Source of the DNA: Acidobacteriota bacterium
GTDB taxonomy: Bacteria > Acidobacteriota > Terriglobia > Versatilivoradales > Versatilivoraceae
Assembly (NCBI GenBank): GCA_028875575.1
Contig: JAPPDF010000084.1
Location: 12,666 to 76,665, forward strand
Reading direction: 5' to 3'
DNA length: 64,000 nt
How positions within the stretch are numbered: the first letter of the stretch is position 1; every line of letters begins with the position of its first letter. The translations under genes were made by a program, and so were the position numbers. Under the pieces are notes generated by a model, which saw only the letters and a list, made by a program, of their open reading frames with translations, was not told where the DNA came from and did no database searches. Below are positions 1 through 9,199 of the stretch, piece by piece.

Positions 1-582
1 ACCGGCCTGAGCTCCACCGAGATCAACCCCTCCTACCTGGCTTCCAGGACCCCGGAGGCCCTCGGTGTCCTGCAGGGGCGACTTCCCCTGAGCTACAAGC
101 TCAATCGCTGGGTTCACGAGCAGGTTTTTGAAAAGGAAAGCCCGGGATTTCCCCTGGGTCAGGGGTTCTATCGGACGGTGGAGCGGTCCGGTCCGGGGGT
201 TCGGAAGGCCTTGCACGGGATGGAGCATGCTTTTAAGATAGTGGGCTTCGATTGCCGCGACTGCGGGGATTGCTCTCTGCCGGACATCGCCTATCTATGT
301 CCGGAGTCCCAGTGCGCCAAGAACCAGCGGAACGGTCCCTGCGGGGGGACCCGCCAGGGCAAGTGCGAGGTAGGTGAGAAGGATTGTATCTGGGCATTGG
401 CCTACGATCGTTTGAAAGCTTACGGCGAGGAAGAACGCATGCTGGAGCGTCCGGCGGTCTTTCGCAACGGAGCGCTCAGAGGCACCAGCGCCTGGGCCAA
501 CGCCTTCCTGGGACGTGACCACCATGCGGCTGGCGGAGAGACTGGGGAGGCCTCCCCAACCGGTCCCTCGAAAAGGCGCTGA
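1..582 (+). CDS. Methylenetetrahydrofolate reductase C-terminal-domain-like Cys-rich protein (5' partial, continues upstream of window)
   Basis: Frame 1 is open from base 1. Cys-rich motifs CRDCGDC and CPESQCAKNQRNGPCGG resemble the MTHFR_C/MetV zinc-ribbon domain. Confidence 0.5.
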   Translation, partial: TGLSSTEINPSYLASRTPEALGVLQGRLPLSYKLNRWVHEQVFEKESPGFPLGQGFYRTVERSGPGVRKALHGMEHAFKIVGFDCRDCGDCSLPDIAYLCPESQCAKNQRNGPCGGTRQGKCEVGEKDCIWALAYDRLKAYGEEERMLERPAVFRNGALRGTSAWANAFLGRDHHAAGGETGEASPTGPSKRR

Positions 583-672
583 CCCGCAAGCCTTCGAGAC
601 AAGGCGAAAACGGTACGCAAGACAAACGGTATTCGCAGGCCATATTCAGCCACGCGGCCAGAAAGCAGCGCT

Positions 673-1707
673 ATGAACAGGAACGGGAACCAGCTTCAGT
701 TCACGACCATCGGCGAAAACATTCACACCACCCGGGTCTTGTTGAGAAAGGGCAAGCGCATCGTCCAGAATCCCGACGGAGTGGAATCGGTACTCTACAG
801 GAACTCCGAAGGTGAGACCCGTTACCTGCCCATCCCGGAAGCGGTCAAGCGGACCCAGGACTACCAGGAGGGTCGGGTCAAGCATGTGAAAATCGCCGTC
901 CTGGCGGCCCAGGCGGGAGGTCCCGAGTCGGAAGAGGGACTCAGGTATCTCCGCTACCTGGTGGATAGGCAGTTATCGGCAGGGGTGGACTTCCTCGACC
1001 TGAATGTGGACGAGGTGTCCCTCAAGTTGAATGAGCAGAAGGAGGCCATGCAGTGGCTGGTTGGAACGGTGCAAGCCATGAGCCCTGTGCCGGTTTCGGT
1101 GGATTCCTCCAACATCGAGATCATTCAGGCCGGCTTGGAGGCCTGCCATGACAAGTCGGGGAGAAACCTGCTGAATTCGGCTTCCCTGGAGCGTCTGGAA
1201 GCCCTGGACCTGGCCCGCGAGCACGACACCAGGGTCATCGTGACGGCGGCCGGGCAGAAGGGAATGCCCCAGAACGAGGTGGAGCGTCTGGAGAATGCCT
1301 CGCGCATGGTGGAGGCGGCCCTGGCCAGGGGGATCTCTCTGGACAGCATCTACGTGGATGTCCTGGTGTTCCCCATCTCGGTCGACGGTCAGTTCGGCCA
1401 CCATGCCCTGGAGACCATTCGGCAGTTGCGGGCCAGGTACGGGGCGGAGGTCCACATCACCGGTGGGCTGAGCAACGTTTCCTTCGGACTGCCCCGCCGG
1501 CGGCTGATCAACGATGTCTTTATTCTTTTGTCCCTGGAGGCGGGCGCCGACAGCGGGATCATCGATCCGGTGGCCAGCAACCTGGAAGCGATCCTTTCCA
1601 TGGACCGCCAGGCCATGCCCTATCGCATGACGGAGGATCTGTTGCTGGGCAGGGATCGCCACTGCAAGAGTTTCCTGCGCGCCTATCGCAAGGGGGAATT
1701 GCAATAG
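673..1707 (+). CDS. Pterin-binding domain protein (methyltetrahydrofolate:corrinoid methyltransferase / DHPS-like)
   Basis: 344 aa. TIM-barrel pterin-binding signature (VDFLDLNVDE, HITGGLSNVSFG), typical of the MtrH/AcsE/DHPS fold. Lies next to the MTHFR_C-like gene. Confidence 0.6.
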   Translation: MNRNGNQLQFTTIGENIHTTRVLLRKGKRIVQNPDGVESVLYRNSEGETRYLPIPEAVKRTQDYQEGRVKHVKIAVLAAQAGGPESEEGLRYLRYLVDRQLSAGVDFLDLNVDEVSLKLNEQKEAMQWLVGTVQAMSPVPVSVDSSNIEIIQAGLEACHDKSGRNLLNSASLERLEALDLAREHDTRVIVTAAGQKGMPQNEVERLENASRMVEAALARGISLDSIYVDVLVFPISVDGQFGHHALETIRQLRARYGAEVHITGGLSNVSFGLPRRRLINDVFILLSLEAGADSGIIDPVASNLEAILSMDRQAMPYRMTEDLLLGRDRHCKSFLRAYRKGELQ

Positions 1708-1753
1708 TCACCACGCCGGGGACGGCGCAGTAGAGAGGGAGCAGGCAGGAATC

Positions 1754-2065
1754 ATGGCGCAATATCAGATTCTGTTCTGGAAAGACATTCCGGCCCAGAT
1801 CAAGGTCTACGAGGGCCGTCGCGGCGTTTCCAGGCCGTTGCCCGACCGCTTTCAGGTCGAGATCGACCGGGTAGCCATGGCCGAAGGCCTGGCCGGCACG
1901 GATGACTACCTGGATCAGTGGCAGTGGACGGCCAAACAGGAACGGTCCGGAACGACCCAAGAGATCCTGGACAGTCTGGCCGAGGAGCTCGAACGGGAGT
2001 TTGACGCCCGCAAGCGCAAGCGAACCGGACGGTCAGGCAAGTCCGGGAAAGATTCAGCGAGGTAG
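1754..2065 (+). CDS. Small conserved protein (virulence-factor family-like) often linked to pterin methyltransferases
   Basis: 103 aa beginning MAQYQILFWKDIPAQIKVYEG. RBS-like GAGGGAG upstream. Family assignment is from memory only. Confidence 0.4.
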   Translation: MAQYQILFWKDIPAQIKVYEGRRGVSRPLPDRFQVEIDRVAMAEGLAGTDDYLDQWQWTAKQERSGTTQEILDSLAEELEREFDARKRKRTGRSGKSGKDSAR

Positions 2066-2068
2066 CCA

Positions 2069-2857
2069 ATGGCAGCAGCCAGACTGAGACTGGAAGGGAA
2101 GGTGGCTCTGGTCACGGGAGCCTCTCGCGGCATAGGCAAGGCGATAGCCTTGGCGTTTGCCGGGGAGGGAGCCGCGGTGGCCGTCAACTACGCAGCCAAT
2201 CGGCGTTTGGCCGAAGAAGTGTGCGAAGCCATCGCTTCGGCCGGAGGCCGCGCCCTTTGCGTTCAAGCCGACGTGGGAGTCGCCGAACAGGTGGACTCCA
2301 TGGTACGGCAGGTACTGGAGGAGTACGGGCGGATCGACGTTCTGGTCAACAATGCCGGGCTTCTCAACCAGGAGCCGTCGCTGGAGGCGACCGGGGAGGG
2401 GTTCGACCGGATGGTGGACGTCAACATCAAGGGGGTCATACGCTGTGCCGCGGCCGTGGCCGTGGGCATGAAGCAGCGAGGCCGGGGGAGGATCATCAAC
2501 GTTTCCTCCATTGCCGCTCTGGGCACCTCCATGCCCGGAGTGACCGGTTACGCCATGACCAAGGCTGCGGTCAACATGTTTAACCGCCGGCTCGCCAGGG
2601 AACTGGGTCCCCACAACATCACCGTGAACGCCATTGCACCCGGATTTATCCTCACCGACATGTCTCGTGAGGGTGCCCGAGCCAGCGGGACCTACGTCGA
2701 CGGCATCGCCGACCGGACCATGTTGCGTCGAGTGGGCGCCCCGGCCGACATCGCGGGGGTCGCCCTCTTTCTGGCCTCGGACGACTCCTCCTTTATGACG
2801 GGGCAGGTGCTTACCGTGGATGGCGGGCGCATCGACTATCTCACCCACTCGGTGTAA
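2069..2857 (+). CDS. SDR family oxidoreductase (3-oxoacyl-ACP reductase-like)
   Basis: Rossmann motif TGASRGIGKA, NNAG motif, catalytic YAMTK. 262 aa. Confidence 0.85.
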   Translation: MAAARLRLEGKVALVTGASRGIGKAIALAFAGEGAAVAVNYAANRRLAEEVCEAIASAGGRALCVQADVGVAEQVDSMVRQVLEEYGRIDVLVNNAGLLNQEPSLEATGEGFDRMVDVNIKGVIRCAAAVAVGMKQRGRGRIINVSSIAALGTSMPGVTGYAMTKAAVNMFNRRLARELGPHNITVNAIAPGFILTDMSREGARASGTYVDGIADRTMLRRVGAPADIAGVALFLASDDSSFMTGQVLTVDGGRIDYLTHSV

Positions 2858-2932
2858 CCGGTCCGTCAGGCCCCGGGCGTCCGGGGTTTTCGGATGCAAT
2901 CACGAGACAGAGTCCAAGGAAAAGAATCCCTC

Positions 2933-3913
2933 ATGCAGCCTGAACGCATCGTGTCCATCGCTCCCATCGATCGGATAGCCATCGACATCCTGCAACAGGT
3001 GGCTCCGGTGGAGATCTCGCCCTCTCCGGATGAACCGACGGTGCTTACCCTGCTGGAGGGCACCATCGGGCTGGTGGCCCGAGGCACCGAAGGCGGCATT
3101 ACCCGAAAAATCATGGAAAACTGCCCGGGCTTGCGGGTCATCGGTCGACCCGGGGTCGGCTACGATACGGTGGACGTGGCCTTTGCCACCCAGCGGAAGA
3201 TTCCGGTGGTGTACGCTCCCATCGGAGGGTTCGCCGTCGCCGAAGCGGCCCTGGCGCTGCTGATGGCCATCGTCAAGAAGGTCCAGTTGGCCGACTCCAT
3301 CCTCAAGCAAGGTCAGTGGCAGCGCCGCTACCAGATGAGCACGGGGGATCTGACCGGGCACACCCTGGGGATCATCGGGCTGGGTCGAATCGGGGGTCGC
3401 CTGGCCGGGCTGGTGCGGAATTTCGAGATGGAAGTGCTGGGCTACGATCCCTTCCTGACGGAAGAAGCAGCCAAGGGGATGGGAGTCGAGCTGGTGCCGC
3501 TGGATGACCTGCTGCGACGTTCCGATTTCATTTCGGTGCACGTCCCCCTGGGGGAGCAGACCCGCGGCCTGATCAACCGGGAGCGGATTGCCCGGATGAA
3601 GCCGGGAGCCATCTTCATCAACACCGCCCGGGGCGGGGTGGTGGAAAGCCTGGACGTGCTGGCCGACGCCCTGGAGAGCGGCCACCTGGGAGCGGTGGGT
3701 CTGGACGTGTTTCCCACCGAACCCCCCGACACCTCCCACCGCCTGTTCAAACACCCCCACTTTACCGGGGCTCCCCATTTGCTGGGCGTGAGCAGTCTGG
3801 CCATGGAGCGCATCTATCGCTCCATGGCCAACGACATGGTGGCGGTTATCCAGGGGAGGCGGCCCCGCTACTGCGTCAATCCGGAGGTTTGTGAGGAGCT
3901 GTTCGAGTCTTGA
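2933..3913 (+). CDS. D-isomer-specific 2-hydroxyacid dehydrogenase (phosphoglycerate dehydrogenase-like)
   Basis: NAD-binding GIIGLGRIGGRLAG and the catalytic-domain pattern. The ORF opens at 2894, but the ATG at 2933 has a better RBS. Confidence 0.8.
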   Translation: MQPERIVSIAPIDRIAIDILQQVAPVEISPSPDEPTVLTLLEGTIGLVARGTEGGITRKIMENCPGLRVIGRPGVGYDTVDVAFATQRKIPVVYAPIGGFAVAEAALALLMAIVKKVQLADSILKQGQWQRRYQMSTGDLTGHTLGIIGLGRIGGRLAGLVRNFEMEVLGYDPFLTEEAAKGMGVELVPLDDLLRRSDFISVHVPLGEQTRGLINRERIARMKPGAIFINTARGGVVESLDVLADALESGHLGAVGLDVFPTEPPDTSHRLFKHPHFTGAPHLLGVSSLAMERIYRSMANDMVAVIQGRRPRYCVNPEVCEELFES

Positions 3914-3948
3914 CTGAAAGCACACCAAGGAAGGAAGGAAGGAAACTT

Positions 3949-4914
3949 ATGAGAATCGTGGTGCTTGACGGCTACACCCTGAATCCCGGAGATCTTTCAT
4001 GGGAGGGGTTGGAGAAGCTGGGAACCACCGAGGTTCACGATCGAACCGAATCCGAGCTCACCCTGCAGCGCGCAGGGGGCGCCGAGGTCGTATTGACCAA
4101 CAAGACCGCCCTGGACGCGGAGACGTTGCGTCGGCTCAAGGGCAAGGGGCTCTGTTACGTGGGGGTGCTGGCCACCGGATACAACGTGGTGGATATCCAG
4201 GCGGCCAGGGAACTGGGAATCCCCGTGACCAACGTGCCCACCTACGGGACGGCCTCGGTGGCTCAGTTCGCCTTCGCGCTGCTGCTGGAGCTCTGCCATC
4301 ATGTGCAGCTCCACAGCGATGCCGTCCGGGGTGGAGAGTGGTCCCGAAGTATCGAGTGGTGTTTCTGGAAGACGCCTCTCATCGAGCTGTCCGGACGGAC
4401 CATGGGGATCGTCGGATTCGGCCGCATCGGGCGGCAGGTCGGCCGCATCGCCGACGCCATGGGCATGCGGGTCATCGCCCATGACGCCATCACCGTCAAC
4501 CCTCCGGACTATGAAGGGTTTCGCTGGACCGGTGTGGAAGAGCTGCTCAAGGAATCCGATGTAGTCAGCCTGCATTGTCCTCTGTTCCCCGAGACCGAGG
4601 GAATGATCAATGCCGAGAGGCTGGCGATGATGAAGCCTACCGCCTTTCTTCTCAACAATTCCCGGGGGCCCCTGATCGTCGACCAGGATCTGGCCGACGC
4701 CCTCAATGCGGGTCGGATTGCCGGGGCGGGGCTCGACGTGCTGTCGGTCGAACCTCCGCTCGAGACCAACCCCCTGCTCTCGGCCAAGAACTGCCTGGTG
4801 ACTCCCCACATCTCCTGGGCGACCCGGGAGGCCAGGTCACGGCTGATGGACACCGTGGTTGGAAACGTGCGGAGTTTCCTCGAAAACCAAACCCGGAACG
4901 TCGTAAACCCCTGA
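3949..4914 (+). CDS. D-2-hydroxyacid dehydrogenase (glycerate dehydrogenase / hydroxypyruvate reductase-like)
   Basis: MRIVVLDGY N-terminus, GIVGFGRIGRQVG NAD motif. AAGGAAGGAAGG RBS precedes the ATG at 3949. Confidence 0.8.
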   Translation: MRIVVLDGYTLNPGDLSWEGLEKLGTTEVHDRTESELTLQRAGGAEVVLTNKTALDAETLRRLKGKGLCYVGVLATGYNVVDIQAARELGIPVTNVPTYGTASVAQFAFALLLELCHHVQLHSDAVRGGEWSRSIEWCFWKTPLIELSGRTMGIVGFGRIGRQVGRIADAMGMRVIAHDAITVNPPDYEGFRWTGVEELLKESDVVSLHCPLFPETEGMINAERLAMMKPTAFLLNNSRGPLIVDQDLADALNAGRIAGAGLDVLSVEPPLETNPLLSAKNCLVTPHISWATREARSRLMDTVVGNVRSFLENQTRNVVNP

Positions 4915-4983
4915 TTCTTGGATTGGAATCGCAGAGCCCAGGCTCCCAGCCTCGGTGCCGCCAGTAGCCACCAGGAGGTCTTG

Positions 4984-5991
4984 ATGGCCCGTATCCGATT
5001 ACCGTCACAGAACCTTTCCCGCGCATTCCTCGAGGTGGTGGAACAATCCGCCATCGCCGCCGCCCGCACCATGGGCATTGGCGACCGGGAGTTCTCCGAT
5101 CAGGCCGCGGTGGAGGTGATGCGGAAGATCATGGACAGCGTTCCCATGAAGGGGACCATCGTGATCGGAGAAGGCGAGCGGGACCAGGCCCCCATGCTCT
5201 ACATCGGGGAAAGGGTCGGCAAGCACAAGGACCTTGTCGAAGGCAAGCAGGTGACGCACGAGGTGGACATTGCCGTCGACCCGCTGGAGGGCACCAACCT
5301 TTGCGCCACCGGGGCGCCCGGAGCCATCACGGTGCTGGCCAGCTCCGAAAAGGGCGGGCTGCTGAATGCTCCGGATTGCTACATGGAGAAGATCATCGTC
5401 GGCCCCTCCTCCAAGGGGGTCATCGATATCGACGCCTCGGTCAAGGACAACCTCCGTGCCATCGCCAAGAGGCTGGACCGCGACGTGGAGAACCTGGTGG
5501 TGGTGGTTCTGGACCGCCCGCGGCATGCTCGACTGATCCAGGATATTCGGGCCGCCGGCGCCCGAATCCGGCTCATTACCGACGGCGACCTGTCGGCCGG
5601 AATCAGTGTGGCCCTCCGCGGGACCGGAGTCCATGCGGTCATGGGAATCGGCGGCGCTCCGGAAGGGGTGTTGACGGCGGCGGCGCTCCGCTGCCTGAAT
5701 GGAGAGATCCTGGCAAGGCTGGTGGTGAAGGACGAGGAGCAGGCCGAGCGGATGAAGAGCATGGGCATCGAGGACCCGGACAAAGTCTACGCCACCACTG
5801 AGCTGGCCTCGGGCAAGAACATCATCTTCGCGGCTACCGGCGTCACCGACGGCACCCTGCTGAAGGGGGTGCGGTTCTTCGGAGACGGCACCCGGACCCA
5901 GTCGATCTTGATGAACCTGGCAAACCGGCACGTCCGTTTCGTGGACACCGTCCACCTGGCTCAACGTCCCGACATCAGCGTCCACCTGTAG
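4984..5991 (+). CDS. glpX: Class II fructose-1,6-bisphosphatase GlpX
   Basis: [41 protein letters not shown] and GGAPEGV motifs are diagnostic of GlpX. AGGAGG RBS precedes 4984. Confidence 0.85.
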   Translation: MARIRLPSQNLSRAFLEVVEQSAIAAARTMGIGDREFSDQAAVEVMRKIMDSVPMKGTIVIGEGERDQAPMLYIGERVGKHKDLVEGKQVTHEVDIAVDPLEGTNLCATGAPGAITVLASSEKGGLLNAPDCYMEKIIVGPSSKGVIDIDASVKDNLRAIAKRLDRDVENLVVVVLDRPRHARLIQDIRAAGARIRLITDGDLSAGISVALRGTGVHAVMGIGGAPEGVLTAAALRCLNGEILARLVVKDEEQAERMKSMGIEDPDKVYATTELASGKNIIFAATGVTDGTLLKGVRFFGDGTRTQSILMNLANRHVRFVDTVHLAQRPDISVHL

Positions 5992-6097
5992 TCTTTTGCA
6001 AGCGCCGAATCGTTTATTCCTTCCGCATTGAGCCTGAATCCAACCCCTGATCGTTTGGGCATCCTCGGATGCTGTCCCTGTTTCCCGGAGGTCCGGC

Positions 6098-7000
6098 TTG
6101 GGAGTCCTGATCAGCGTCCTGATCGCCGCCACCATCGCCCTCTTTCTACCTGAAGCCGTGCTGCATTTGGAACCGGCGCTTGCGCCCGCCTTTGCGCTGA
6201 CCATGGTCCTGGTGGGAAGCCTGGTGCGTGCGGAACACAGGGAGAGCTTCCGGCGAGCCCCCCTGAGACCCATCCTGGGCCTGATCTGCCAGTACACCGT
6301 CATGCCCTTGACGGCCTGGCTGATTTCCCTGGCCTTCCAGGAACCCGCCCTTCGGATCGGCATCGTGCTGGTGGGGTGCATGCCGGGCGCCATCGCCTCC
6401 AACGTCATGACCCTGCTGTTCAAGGGCGACCTGATTCTCTCCATTACCTTGACCACCCTGGCCACCCTGGCCTGCCCGGTGATTCTGGCCTTCTGGCTGC
6501 CAATCCTGGCCGGCGCCCGTCTCCAGGTTCCGGCAGGTTCCCTGGCCGTGAGCGCGGTTTGGATGGTGCTGCTGCCGGCAGCCGCCGGGATCCTGCTGCG
6601 AACCTACCTTCCGGCGTTTCCGCAGTGGTGGGACCGGATGGCCGCGCTGGCGGCCTCGATCGCCATCGTCTTGATCATCATGGTGGTGGTGGCCGCCAAT
6701 CGGGAAAGGCTGGCCGAGACCGGCCCCTTCCTCATGGCGGCCCTGGTGACGCTGAACCTGAGCGCCTATGGCGTGGCCTACCTGGCCGGCGGGCTGCTGG
6801 GATGGCCCCCGGCTCAGCGCAGGACCCTGGTGATCGAGGTGGGCATGCAAAATGCCGGGCTGGGTTCCGTGCTGGCCATGGCTCACCTGGGACAGGCGGC
6901 TGCCATTCCGAGCGCATTCTATACGGCCCTGTGCGTGTTGACCGCCGCCGTGGGCCTGCCCCTGCAGCGGTGGCTGGAGGAACGGCGCTCCATTCGTTGA
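6098..7000 (+). CDS. Bile acid:sodium symporter (BASS/SBF) family transporter
   Basis: 300 aa, multi-TM. Motifs GCMPGAIASNVMT and MQNAGLGSVLA are typical of the SBF family. Confidence 0.7.
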   Translation: MGVLISVLIAATIALFLPEAVLHLEPALAPAFALTMVLVGSLVRAEHRESFRRAPLRPILGLICQYTVMPLTAWLISLAFQEPALRIGIVLVGCMPGAIASNVMTLLFKGDLILSITLTTLATLACPVILAFWLPILAGARLQVPAGSLAVSAVWMVLLPAAAGILLRTYLPAFPQWWDRMAALAASIAIVLIIMVVVAANRERLAETGPFLMAALVTLNLSAYGVAYLAGGLLGWPPAQRRTLVIEVGMQNAGLGSVLAMAHLGQAAAIPSAFYTALCVLTAAVGLPLQRWLEERRSIR

Positions 7001-7147
7001 CAAATCCCCATGAGATCTATAGAGTTAAGCTTCCCACGAAGGAGTGTGTCCGCAACAGGTACAGGTTGGCCCAGGGCCTTGCCGCCGAAGTTCTTTCTCG
7101 AGGCGTGAATTCTTTGCGGTAGGGCCGCTAAAGCCGAGGAGCAGAGC

Positions 7148-9154
7148 ATGGCGTTCCACAGATTCAACCGTTTCATGGTCGGGTTGTTCCTGCTGAGTCT
7201 GGCGGCGGGATTGGCGGCCGGCGCCGACCGGCCCAAGCCATCCTACTCCGAGCCCGAACTGCACACGCTGGCTCCCCTTGGCGGCAGGGCCGGCTCAAGC
7301 CTGGAGATCGAAGTTCGAGGCAAGTTCCTGGCCGGCGCCCACGCCGCCTGGATGGACCGCGATGTCTTTGACGCTCGGGTGAAATCGGTGGAGCCCGTGG
7401 CCGCCCCGGACGCGGAAGGCGACGAAAAGGCCAAGTCAAAGAAGGATGACGGTGAGTACCGCGTCAGACTTCAGATCGAAATTGCTTCCGACGCCACCCC
7501 GGGTCCGCACCCGCTGAGACTGGTGGCCGCGGGAGGAGTCTCCAACCGGCTCTACCTGCAGATCCACCAGGACCCCGTCATTGCCGAGTCGCCCCGGCCC
7601 CACCAGGAACCTGCCACGGCACAGCCGGTCGCCGTTCCGGTGGTGGTCAACGGCACCATCTCAAGGCAAGGGGAACTGGACTATTACAGCCTGGAAGCCT
7701 CCAAGGGGCAGGAAGTCGTGTTCGAGGTGATCTTCAGCCACGAGACCCTGTCCAAGGGCTTTCGCCCCCAACTGCGAATCTATGAGACCGCTGGCAGTTG
7801 GCTGGGATCTCGCCAACTCACCCAGTTGGCTTTTCACAGTGAAGTCCATGGAGAAATCAATTTGAGCCCGGGCGAAGCGGGCCCGCCCATCGGCACCACG
7901 CCGGTCAACTCGGGATTGAAGTATCGGTTCGGCAAGGCCGGCCGCTACCTGGTGGAAGTGGCTTCGGAGCGATTCCAGGGGAAACCGGAGTACGCCTACC
8001 AGCTCAGAATGGCCCCGGCAGGAGCAGACTACCAGAGCCGCCTCAAGGACTCGGAGTGGGGGCGATCCTTCACCCGCAGGATCGGCGCCGACCGCCTGGA
8101 AGCTCTCTGGGCGCGGACGGTGACCTCCAATCGCCCCACCGACCCGGAGGCCGAAGGACAGCCGGCCTCCGGCCGCCCCGATCCGGAGACCGCCTACGAC
8201 AACCAGCAGGGGAAGCGCCCGGCTCCCATACCCAACCGGGTAACCCACTGGACGGAAAAAGAACCCAACGATGAATCGGGCCGAGCCACCGAGGTGGCCC
8301 TGCCCGGTCTGATTCAGGGGTCCATCGACCGGCCGGGAGACGTGGACACCTACCGGTTCAAGTTGTCATCGGCCCAGCGCCTGGCGTTCGAGATCCAGAC
8401 TCCCGGGTTGAGTCCCCCCCATTTCACTCCCCGCTTCGAGATCAGGGACGCCGCAGGCCGGTCCATGGTGACCAACCTGCACAAAGTGAATTCGACGCTG
8501 AGCGAGGGACAGTGGGTGGTCAAGGACATTGAGTCCAAGGTGATCGAGACCTTTGACCAGGAAGGAGAGTACACGGTCGAGGTTCGCGACGTGACCTCCA
8601 GAAACGGCAGCCCGGAATGCCGGTACCGTCTGCTGATCAGGCCCCAGATTCCTCACCTGGGACAATTCACCGTGGAGACCCTGAAACGGGGGACGGAAGA
8701 CCGCCGGGTCGACCCGTTGCGGATCAATCTGGCTGCGGGAGAGGCCAAGGCCTTGATCATCACGGCACGGGTCGAGGAGATCGACGCCAGGATCACCGAT
8801 TCTCTGGGTGAGCGGGCCTTCGACTGGGGTACCGGAGAGATGATCCTGCAGGCGGAGGGGCTTCCCCCTGGAGTCCAGGCTCTGCCGGGCACGGGCATCC
8901 TCAAGATCAAGGGGAAACCGCGCTACCAGACCATTCGAAAGTACAACTATCTTCCCGACGTGCTGCAGGCGGTGATGGTGATCCACGCCGAGGACAGCGC
9001 CCGGGTGATGGCCCTGCCGGAGTCGGTCCGCCTCACGGCCCGCCCCCTGATCGGGAGCAAGCCCGGTCCAACCATTCCGGTGGCGGAGGTTCCGGTGATG
9101 GTGGTTGCAGGATCCGAGGCAAAAGCCGTTCCCGGGGAGGCGGTCGGGGAATAG
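7148..9154 (+). CDS. Secreted protein with two pre-peptidase C-terminal (PPC)-like domains
   Basis: Signal peptide MAFHRFNRFMVGLFLLSLAAGLAAGA. Two D-x-D-x-Y-x-F/L segments (GELDYYSLEA..VVFEV and GDVDTYRFKL..AFEI). Confidence 0.5.
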   Translation: MAFHRFNRFMVGLFLLSLAAGLAAGADRPKPSYSEPELHTLAPLGGRAGSSLEIEVRGKFLAGAHAAWMDRDVFDARVKSVEPVAAPDAEGDEKAKSKKDDGEYRVRLQIEIASDATPGPHPLRLVAAGGVSNRLYLQIHQDPVIAESPRPHQEPATAQPVAVPVVVNGTISRQGELDYYSLEASKGQEVVFEVIFSHETLSKGFRPQLRIYETAGSWLGSRQLTQLAFHSEVHGEINLSPGEAGPPIGTTPVNSGLKYRFGKAGRYLVEVASERFQGKPEYAYQLRMAPAGADYQSRLKDSEWGRSFTRRIGADRLEALWARTVTSNRPTDPEAEGQPASGRPDPETAYDNQQGKRPAPIPNRVTHWTEKEPNDESGRATEVALPGLIQGSIDRPGDVDTYRFKLSSAQRLAFEIQTPGLSPPHFTPRFEIRDAAGRSMVTNLHKVNSTLSEGQWVVKDIESKVIETFDQEGEYTVEVRDVTSRNGSPECRYRLLIRPQIPHLGQFTVETLKRGTEDRRVDPLRINLAAGEAKALIITARVEEIDARITDSLGERAFDWGTGEMILQAEGLPPGVQALPGTGILKIKGKPRYQTIRKYNYLPDVLQAVMVIHAEDSARVMALPESVRLTARPLIGSKPGPTIPVAEVPVMVVAGSEAKAVPGEAVGE

Positions 9155-9199
9155 TCAGGGATGATTGGTGAAGGTGAAAGGGAAATGGAGGCGGTCATG

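Noticed and set aside
5005-6465. 486-aa minus-strand ORF
   Set aside because: Antisense to glpX and the BASS transporter. No recognisable domains. A GC-skew artifact.
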